Part shown: positions 11,591 to 20,000 of the stretch, one piece after another | How positions within the stretch are numbered: the first letter of the stretch is position 1 | How the letters are laid out: every line of letters begins with the position of its first letter | Source: Halocafeteria seosinensis | Taxonomy: Eukaryota | Length of the DNA stretch: 20,000 nucleotides | Direction of reading: 5' to 3' | Assembly (NCBI GenBank): GCA_001687465.1 | Contig: LVLI01000565.1 | Location: forward strand, 50,068 to 70,067 | Notes under the pieces: model-generated | What the model saw: the letters and a program-made list of their open reading frames with translations, nothing else | What the model was told of the DNA's origin: nothing | Databases searched by the model: none | Position numbers and translations under genes: made by a program

Positions 11591-12639
11591 TTAAAAGGTG
11601 CCGCGTTGCTGCCGCTCGCTAGTTAACGGGACATATCTGACACCCATTAACTTTTCTATGCGGACCTCTCCTTCAGGAGTTTTCTTCACTCGGCACAAGT
11701 TTTGGTCTCCCGCGTGACCTGCAGCGACGGTCATCGTTGCAGCCTTCAACTATTGCTGATGGGTCCCAACTTTGACTTACCCAAAGGTATAATCATTTCC
11801 CCTTGAGGAGCAAGCTGGTCGGCGAGCTTTCGCGGCAATGATTCAGCAGCTGCACCTACATGAATAGCATCGTAGGGACCGTCTTCAGGAGCTCCCTCAA
11901 ACCCGTCTCGTTTCGAGAACTTCACGATTTCAGAATCCAGCAGATCTTTGTGATGTTTTTCCGTATTCTTAATCCCCTTATCTACAAGTTCTTGTATATG
12001 CTCAATACCATGGACTTTACCATCAGGTTCAACCTGTCGAAACAACACAGTCGTATAGCTCACAATACCTTGCCAAAAAAGAAACACATGAGCATACCAT
12101 CTTGGCGAAAGCCACAGTAAGATATCCGCTTCCAGAGCCTACATCTAGTGCTCTTGCACCAGATTTAAGTTTGTGTTCCAAGAGTTCAAGCGCATATGCA
12201 TGCATATGAGGGGCAGATATCGTAGCTCCTACGCCGCTGCGAGAGGTTCTGAGAGCAGGCATTACGCCGTTTCTACCCTTCTTCCTGAAACTTACATTGG
12301 TTGAGGAGAATCAGTATAGGCTTGACTGGATACAAAGTCTCCTCGATCGACCGCTAACATTGCATCTGAAAGGCAAGAAATAGTAGGGATACATATCACA
12401 TCGTCCCTTGTCACTTGTCACTTACTTTTCACGCGCTCTTTGCTGATGATTTTCGCCCTGAAGAGGTTGTTCACCAGCTCAGAGTTACTTCTCCCACTGC
12501 AGAACCAACTCATCTCTTGACCAGCGAGGGAATGGACCAGAGGAAGACAACTGGCAAGCCCTAATAAAGTCAGGAGAACTTTAGAAACTTTTGTTGAAGA
12601 CGCTCCGACGGAGAAGATTTTCCTTTGTTGCAGTAGCAT
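11591..12639 (-). CDS. PCMT1: Protein-L-isoaspartate(D-aspartate) O-methyltransferase (PIMT), 5 exons; alternative start at 12513
   Basis: Exons 12639(or 12513)-12426, 12365-12296, 12236-12098, 12033-11781, 11718-11591. Spliced motifs: [66 protein letters not shown] (SAM-binding), [22 protein letters not shown]. Confidence 0.95.
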
Positions 12640-13048
12640 GCAGGATAGACCTGTACTTGGAAGTACGTCAACGTACGCAAAAAATCAATTCTTCTTTCCC
12701 AAGCAGCTCAACAGCCGTTTATTATATCATATGAGTGGTGTTAACAAACCTTGCGCAGCGTATCCCGAATTGGATTGTCGAACACTCCCACTTCAACTTC
12801 AACATGAGTGTCATGTAGGATGAACCTTGAGACTCGAGTCCCGTGGGAAGCATTCAACAGTGAAGAATAAACCTAAAGTAGATCGTATAAGGCGGAGTTC
12901 TTCCTCGGTGTGGCTTTGTAGAGAGAAGATGGCTACAAGTACGCAAACGTCCTGCCGAACTCGCTTCACAACGTTAGCTCCGCACTATTGTACATTGTAC
13001 AAAACTGGGGACTTCCGAACTGCATTATGTAGCATTGTAGCCTACACA

Positions 13049-14349
13049 TCAGTGTTCTAGTATCGATATTTTAGAAGGGAGCATTTTTAGGAGTTGTTCG
13101 TGCTGAAGTAGCTGAGTGACCATCATGGAGGCATTGGTGATTTCGTACTGGACCCCGATGTAATATTCGCACTCTCCGTAAGGACCAATAACAGGTTTCA
13201 AGGACAGCAAGTTCTGGAATTTTTCCCCGTTTTTCCTGTAGTTTAATATATTTACATGGCACTCTCTGTTTCGTGCTATGTTGCTCCGAATCATCTCCAC
13301 GGCCTCTGGATCCGTTTCCGGACCCTGGAGGAAACGGCAATTTCTTCCTTCAGCTTCTCGTCTGGAGTACTTAGTGGTGCGCGTAAAAGCCTCGTTTACG
13401 AACACTATAGGAAGACCTGCTGCCATTTTATCAGCGATGACGATACACGTCGGAAGCAAGTCAGCAATCGACTTGAACATCCCAAGCCACTCTTTCCTTC
13501 CACGGGGGGCAATTTCTTTTGACTTCCCTACCATTTCCTGGAGTTTCGAGTCCTGCAAGTCTTGAAGCATCTTCTGGCATTCTTCACTTTGCAAAAATCT
13601 TGGAAAGCAATCCATAGCCATCATTTTAACCACCTCATCCTGAGCCTCTTCCAACACAGGGTACGGGTCATCGCTTATAGAGCTGCAACGAATTTCTGAA
13701 GGGAATCCCAGATCTTGCGAGGAGCCTGGCCTCAAAAATTTGTTGTAAACGTCCACTGCTTCCCGTCTCAAGTGGCCAGCTTCTCTGTCTAACGGTGTTC
13801 CATTCTGTTTGGCTTGTTTAATTTGCTCCACATGTTGATAGAAAGATAAGTGATCGTCCTGTAAACAATCAGTGTCAGGTTCAGGTTGCATACAAGTGGT
13901 AGCGCCGTAAATACAAATTAAGCGATTGCTTACAGGACTTACACTATACTCTTGTTCCAGGAATTTCCTCAGGTAGTCAGCCCCCTTACCGGCCATGATT
14001 GCCCTTAGTGAGTCTTGACTATTATGTCTCCATACTTCTTCCGCAAACTGGACAGCTGATGCGTAAGAGTCGTCATATTGGGAAGGGTCCGGTTGCGGAT
14101 CATCTCCAAGCTTGTTCGTAGCATGCTTGCCATTGCTTTCTCTCGATCTATCTCCTTTTTGGTTCTGCTGGGTCGGAAAACACGATCGGTGATATGATGA
14201 CATCATCCCGTTCGTTGTTCTGACCGTCAGTCCATACTTACTCCTGTCGACTGAGGGTGCTTGGACTCCCCATTAATTTCTTTATTATCATGTGTGCTTG
14301 GGGTCACACGAGTGTTCGCTTCGGTGGTCTTGCTTTGACACTTGCCCAT
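13049..14349 (-). CDS. RGS-LOV blue-light photoreceptor, copy B (~380 aa, 3 exons), N-terminal MGKCQSK acylation motif
   Basis: Exon 1 is 14349-14242 (MGKCQSKTTEANTRVTPSTHDNKEINGESKHPQSTG, absent from the ORF track). Intron 14241-14168 (gtaagt..cccag), exon 2 14167-13943, in-frame intron 13942-13859 (gtaagt..ttacag, same position as copy A intron 2), exon 3 13858-13049. RGS motifs YLRKFLEQEYS|DDHLSF...MDCFPRFLQS; LOV motifs GRNCRFLQGPET, NYRKNG, YIGVQ. Confidence 0.92.
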
Positions 14350-15174
14350 CTTATAGGGCACTTGTATAAAGGCAGTCGCTTAGAACTCCGAACATACGCC
14401 GCCGACTAATTGAAGAAATGAGCAAGAGATACAGCTAAAGAGCGCTAACACACCTCTTTCCACACTACGGACTGTACTCCTAGAATAGAGTATTATTATG
14501 TATCTAGCACAGGTATCCCTCTGCCACGGGGGGTAACTGGCTCCGAACGTCCGTGCTTTGGTGGCAAACGCCTTTCTCACAACCCACCTGTTCCACTACT
14601 TAAGTCAATTCTGCCTTCCCAATTATTCGCGGTCTATCCTGGTCAACGGAACTACTATTGCCTGATTTGCTTCCCTGGTTGTATAGCCGAGATGACGCAA
14701 CTTCAACTTGTGACCCTCTAACTTAGGCTCTAAGGGGGTTGTACAACACTGCAACTAGCGATACATTGCTTATCCTTCATTTTATTCTACCAATAGCATT
14801 CACGGATCCATAGAGGTTTACTACATTCTAATGGCAAACGTAAACAACCAGCAAAAAAGAACTCCGGGCAGAGTACGAATCTGTGTAACAGCAGGTACAA
14901 CTACCACGGTATTGTACAACCGCGTAGTACTTATGGCCCGTGTAAAAGGAACCAGCTAGAGACTCTTCCTTCCTACGCTACAAGGTTTTATCTAGCTAGG
15001 TGCTTTGTTGGGAGTCTCCTAATCAACACAACGGAGTATGGACGATACTATACAACTGTATACACCGGTACTGCCGAGAAGAAGTGGCCCCCTGATTCCT
15101 TCGCTGAGTTAAGCCTCTAAAAGGATGTATAATTTACATTCTAATGCTGTACTGAATAAGATATGATAGCTGAG

Positions 15175-16071
15175 TTACGCCTTGATAGAACAGAGTCCTG
15201 ATTTCTCTAGAGCTCTTTGGAGATAGGTCCAAAAATATTGAGATTGCTCGACCCATGGCAGGTGGCCGCTCTTGTCTACCACCACCCAGTGAGACTTTGG
15301 AAATGTCAGATGCATTTTCTGGCTGCACACATGAGGACAAATGAAATCTTGAACGCCGGAGAGGATCACAACAGGAACGGTGACTCGTTTAGCATCTTCA
15401 GCCAAGTCAACAAGCATTACTTGATTCAGAAAGCTCCAACTCAATGCCTTAGGGTCGATTCTGACACCGTCCAAAATCTTGTTACAGTCCGGATAATCGT
15501 AAAAGTAGAACCTGAAACACTTAAGCAATTTCTGTCTGACTTCCTCTTCAGTCTCTATGGGTTCTTGAAGTTGCATCATACTTGAGAACGCTTCATGGGC
15601 TTCTGGAAACCACCCTTCCTCAGCATACTTTCCAATTTGGGCAGCAGTGGCAGCCATGCCATCTTGATCAAAACCGAGGAAGGAGTTCAACATCACGACC
15701 CCAGTGCAACGGCTAGGCAACTGTGCAGCTACTTTAGTAGCTATCAGTCCACCGGCGGAATGACCCGCGACGACAAACTCAGTAATTTCTAGTTTGTCAA
15801 TGAGGGCAATCATATCCTGAGCATGGTCTTCAATCGTATAGGAGGGAGTAGTGGGATGAGAGCTGCGTCCACATCCTCGGGTCTCGATCCACACCATCGT
15901 GAAGTACTTCTCAAGCTCGCGTAAACCAGTGTTTACATAGAGGCCGAGATCGGGCCCCCATCCAGGTGTGGAGAAAACACAAGTTGGGCCCTTTCCTGCC
16001 ACTTCATACCAGAGCTTAACCCCTCTTGAGGGCAAATCCAAGCATCCCTCTCCGGACCGAAGGCTAGCCAT
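15175..16071 (-). CDS. Alpha/beta-fold hydrolase (proline iminopeptidase/esterase-like), intronless, 298 aa
   Basis: LWYEVAGKGP, TPGWG oxyanion region, ETRGCGRS, nucleophile elbow GHSAGG, acid in SGVQD, catalytic His in SGHLPWVEQ. Confidence 0.9.
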   Translation of the reverse strand: MASLRSGEGCLDLPSRGVKLWYEVAGKGPTCVFSTPGWGPDLGLYVNTGLRELEKYFTMVWIETRGCGRSSHPTTPSYTIEDHAQDMIALIDKLEITEFVVAGHSAGGLIATKVAAQLPSRCTGVVMLNSFLGFDQDGMAATAAQIGKYAEEGWFPEAHEAFSSMMQLQEPIETEEEVRQKLLKCFRFYFYDYPDCNKILDGVRIDPKALSWSFLNQVMLVDLAEDAKRVTVPVVILSGVQDFICPHVCSQKMHLTFPKSHWVVVDKSGHLPWVEQSQYFWTYLQRALEKSGLCSIKA

Positions 16072-16438
16072 CGCCGCAAATACATACAGTATGTATTATT
16101 TCCCTGCACGTGTATTGTCACTAGATATTTTTTGGTCTAATCAAGATGAAAACACTATCCAGTACCAAGCATAACCAGCAGAAAATAACGAGCTGTTGGA
16201 ACTTTACAACCCCAGGAAGACTCGCTAACTGGTGCACTGCAGTTTGCAGCCAGACGCCCCGAGCACAGAGGGTGCTAGCACTGTAAGTTGGTGATTCATG
16301 CCCCGTTAGGATGTTGATCAACAGCAAAGAGATCAAGAGAGCAGCTACAGCACTCAGAGAGAAAGCAACTGCACAGTTGCATTGTAGACACGCATCGATG
16401 AGTCAACTGAGTCGACTACGAATAGTGTGGTTGTATAT

Positions 16439-16801
16439 GCATTGATCGTACCGGAATTGTAGAGCATACATGCTGCTCCACTCTCGACGAAAAACTCCAG
16501 TTTCTGCGGATTAGGCAAAGTGATACTGCTTCGAATCGGTAGTCTATACCGTCGTTGTGTCTACCAGGTAGTAGAGCATGGCTCAAGGGCTGCGAGTGCC
16601 CCGCGCACAGAATGTGGCCGGTGAAGATGATGCTTTGAGCACCTCACCAGATCGACAGGAACACCGTGTATCCACTTGCTTGGTGGATGCGCTGTATAAC
16701 TTGCAAAGTCCGGAGAATGGGGATGCAACAGGGAGCAGGAACAGCCAGCGCGCTTCAGAACATGTCAACGAACAAGATTTCAAAGGGATAGAGAACGTGG
16801 C
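16439..16801 (+). repeat. Direct repeat copy 1 (~363 bp): upstream region plus first 75 codons of the ankyrin gene
   Basis: Near-identical to 18944-19309. It differs by three substitutions in the coding part, and by two substitutions and a 3-nt indel at the 5' edge. Confidence 0.97.
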
Positions 16802-18134
16802 AATGTCTGAACAGGCGCTACAAGCACTAAAACTATATGTGGAAGAGAGATCGTCGAAGAGTGAGTCGAAAATAGCAGTGGACGAACGTAAGCACGGGCT
16901 CCGTTGTGAGTGAATGGTACAGTCTACCCGGTATTCCGGAGATTCGACTCAATTGATACAGGTGATTTTCCTCCCCGTGGTTTTGCTCGGGGTATCGAAT
17001 TCGAGAAGAAGCAGTTAGAAGCGTCAAACAAAGCAGAAAAGCTCATTAAATGCTGCAAGCAGTGGCCGCACAGAGGCTGTTGGAGGCAGGAATCTGGGCG
17101 TGAAGACGAGTGAGGGTTACACATGGCCATAACTGTAAGAATCGCAGAGCAATCCTAGTATGCCGAAATTTTGATGACGCAGAAAGCTGTCGTTAATGGA
17201 ATTTCTTCTTGTGTCGAAGTTTGTCCAGAAGAGAGAAAGAAGAGCAGTTGCGGAGGGAAAATTATCTCCTGGTCCTCAGAGCAACGGTATGTTAATAAGA
17301 AAGTCAGAATGGTAGAAAAACTTAACGAGCGAGGAAGCTAACCTATTGCAGATTCAAGCATTGAGTATATGAACTGTGCTGCGGCTGTTTTCGCGTTACA
17401 GTGTCAATATTTGGGAGATGTCCAAACCTTTTCACCGATTGTTAATGGATGGTGTTCCATTCTTGCATTCACGCAAGCGATGAAGAACAGGCCGGAAGTA
17501 CGAGCTGCTGCATTTGGCCAGCGAGTACCCAAGGAATGCGATTGTGCCGCAGCATGGGCATCAGGAAACCAGCGGGAATATCCCAGATGGCATTCGACTC
17601 TAATTGAAGGAGTCAAGACAATGCGAGTCGATTACTTCCACGACTTTATCCGACGATGTCCTGATTTGGTTGTGCTGTTAAACCTTCCAGACATGAGTGG
17701 ACAGACGGTATGATGTTGTCGTTTCAATTGGTATGATTCTCGCCTGAACTGTGGTGCTTCTTTTGTGCAGTTGCTGCATCGAGCTGCGAGAAATGCTGCT
17801 ACGCCAATCGTGGACGTACTGATCGCTAATGGGGCTTGGGTAAACATTTGCGACTGCAAAGGTAGGACTCCATTACATGATGGTAAGTGAGAAGATGTCG
17901 AATTATTAGTGGACGTGTTTGAGTTTTATACCCAATGCCGCAGCCTGCTGGACTTCGAGAGACAATAGCGAAGTTGTACGCAGATTAGTTAACTTGAACC
18001 CAACCATGGTTAATGCTGTTGATGAGTTCGATTCTGTTCCTCTGGACTATGTTCCCTCTGGTGCTACTGAGTTACATTACAATTACTACAGCCTCTTCCA
18101 AAAGAACGCTGCAAAGTTCTGGAGCGGCAAGTAG
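16578..18134 (+). CDS. Ankyrin-repeat protein (~412 aa, 6 exons)
   Basis: Exons 16578-16905, 16962-17109, 17183-17286, 17352-17707, 17771-17882, 17944-18134 (1239 nt; introns 56-73 nt, phase-consistent). C-terminal ankyrin repeats: DMSGQTLLHRAARNAATPIVDVLIANGAWVNICDCKGRTPLHDACW...EVVRRLV...VNAVDEFDSVPLDY. Confidence 0.8.
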
Positions 18135-18943
18135 GCTGCTCTGCTGTTTGATGAAAGAGAAGATTTTCCAACCATGTTCATGCTACGATTAACAGTCTCA
18201 AAAAGCCACTGTCGGGAATTTAGCGCCAACGTGGAGTTCATTCATCAGTGATCTCATTTTATTTGGTGTAATGGTTCCTACAATTGTACTAACAGCGACG
18301 AACACTTCGTAAGCTAGCAGCTTAACAGTGTCATTGACGTAATGGAATGTTTCTTATGCGTACCTACAGTTGTAGACGACCTGCTTGCCCGATCATTTCA
18401 ACCACTGCTATATCATCGCCTATGGTAACCCACTGGAGAACGACTCGTGTCAGCGACGACCATCAGTTGCAGTAGGAATGCCACATGATCGGCTTACTAG
18501 AAGAGTCGCTTCAAGATATTAAGAATTTGTACGCACCTCGTGTCGTCGATCAAAGGTTAGATGCGTTAGTGACCCGCTGGGAATGTGGTACAACGACACA
18601 CACACTGTGCGAAGTTGACAGATAGAGATGATAGTTCTCCGTCCACCCATCGTTTCCGTGGAAGTAACGAAGACCTAGAAGCAACACTCCAATGTTTTGA
18701 TGATCAACCATAGAGAAAGAATTATGAAAGAGTTACATATGTGTCATCGGCGACTCCAGCGGAGCTCTCACGCTGCTGCAATGTTCCACGGACCACGGGT
18801 AGCGTTAATTGCACGCAGAACTGCAAGATCTCCTTTGTCGTATAATGACATGAAGCTTTTGAATCCTTTGATTTGAGATAATCGGCATGTTCCAGGTTAC
18901 TGGTTATTGGCCGCCTCCAACATCGCGCTGTCAATGGTATTTA

Positions 18944-19309
18944 GCATTAATCGTACCAGAATTGTTCTAGAGCATACATGCTGCTCCACTCTCGACGAAA
19001 AACTCCAGTTTCTGCGGATTAGGCAAAGTGATACTGCTTCGAATCGGTAGTCTATACCGTCGTTGTGTCTACCAGGTAGTAGAGCATGGCTCAAGGGCTG
19101 CGAGTGCCCCGCGCACAGAATGTGGCCGGTGAAGATGATGCTTTGAGCACTTCACCAGATCGACAGGAACACCGTGTATCCACTTGCTTGGTGGATGCGC
19201 TGTATAACTTGCAAAGTCCGGAGAATGGGGATGAAACAGGGAGCAGGAACAGCCAGCGCGCTTCAGAACATGTCAACGAACAAGACTTCAAAGGGATAGA
19301 GAACGTGGC
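18944..19309 (+). repeat. Direct repeat copy 2 (~366 bp)
   Basis: Aligns base-for-base with 16439-16801 at an offset of ~2508 bp. Identity ends abruptly after ...gagaacgtggc. Confidence 0.97.
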
Positions 19310-19535
19310 GGAAAGAGAATTAGGTACGCTCAAAGCCTGGTTCCATCGATTCAACGATCAAATCGAATTTGACGTCTCAGTCGTCCAATTTGCGGATACG
19401 TTGACGAAGAGCGATTCTTCGATGTTAGTCTTTGCGACTATTCGATCTATATTTCAGCGAGTTCCATTGTGTTATAGTGAAAGTGACTTCTTATATGAGC
19501 GCTATCGTCGCGTCTTCGAACTAGAGCTTCTCTAG
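19086..19535 (+). CDS. Chimeric ORF: duplicated ankyrin-gene N-terminus (75 aa) fused to an unrelated 74-aa tail; may be a pseudogene
   Basis: MAQGLRVPRAQ...FKGIENVA is shared with the 16578 gene (one A->E change). It continues in frame into ERELGTLKAWFHRF...RRVFELELL*. Confidence 0.45.
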   Translation: MAQGLRVPRAQNVAGEDDALSTSPDRQEHRVSTCLVDALYNLQSPENGDETGSRNSQRASEHVNEQDFKGIENVAERELGTLKAWFHRFNDQIEFDVSVVQFADTLTKSDSSMLVFATIRSIFQRVPLCYSESDFLYERYRRVFELELL

Positions 19536-20000
19536 GCTACCACTGGCAGTGTCAAGTCCGGGAGACGTTAAACCGCCACAAAAGCCCGATACCATCAAGC
19601 AAGTCTTGTCTTAGTGCCGTGGTAGCACCTGTATTGCTGTAACGACCCACTGAGCTAACACTGCTATAAAACCACCAAACATCAAATGCACCATAAATGG
19701 ACCACGGAACACATCTACCGTCAATGTCTTCTCCTTGTCACANCGGCGCTGCCACACCGTGAACTGGGCTAGCTGGGACTCCCTGTCTGAGAGTTCAAAG
19801 AAATACAGTATGGAAAGGAATAACTGCTAATATCTCGCACCAAAATCCCTCTTTGCCTCCAGTGTACAGTGCTGTGTTCCCTCACGGCGCATGTCAGCAA
19901 GGCTGCAGGAACAGCGGGCCCGTCGCTGCTTAACACGGGCGCATACCGCTCCTCGTTAAGAGGATGCGGTCAACTTCCCGGCCGGTGGGCTATCTGTCAC

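Noticed and set aside
10805..12639. LRRC51 next to an O-methyltransferase, echoing the human LRTOMT locus
   Set aside because: The human partner is a COMT-family enzyme on the same strand. Here it is PIMT in convergent orientation, so this is coincidental.
19520..19610. Minus-strand peptide VSGFCGGLTS resembling the Fluc/CrcB GFCGGLTTFS motif
   Set aside because: It lacks TFSTF, is bounded by nearby stops, and no full transmembrane ORF can be assembled.
1..20000. CRISPR arrays, tRNA/rRNA genes, transposase or reverse transcriptase ORFs, alternative genetic code
   Set aside because: None seen by eye, and the gene models close with the standard code and canonical introns. One ambiguous base (N) occurs at 19743.

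Overview
Gene-dense eukaryotic (protist) genomic DNA with many short GT-AG introns of about 56-84 nt. A ciliary gene (LRRC51) and helmchrome-like LOV domains suggest a flagellated, possibly stramenopile, organism; this is inference. Splicing the ORF fragments by hand gives the following genes: (1) a truncated GxxExxY/PD-(D/E)XK-like gene at the left edge; (2) a ~1698-aa TBC (Rab-GAP) protein; (3) an uncharacterised helical protein, possibly C1orf109/CINP-like; (4) two inverted paralogous ~380-aa RGS-LOV blue-light photoreceptors, each starting with an MGxCQSK dual-acylation motif, which flank (5) LRRC51 and (6) protein-L-isoaspartate O-methyltransferase; (7) an intronless alpha/beta hydrolase; (8) an ankyrin-repeat gene whose upstream region and first 75 codons are recently duplicated 2.5 kb downstream into a chimeric ORF. 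The highlight is the pair of minimal, predicted membrane-anchored RGS-LOV proteins, a candidate light-regulated G-protein signalling module. One copy has lost the RGS Asn128-equivalent residue.
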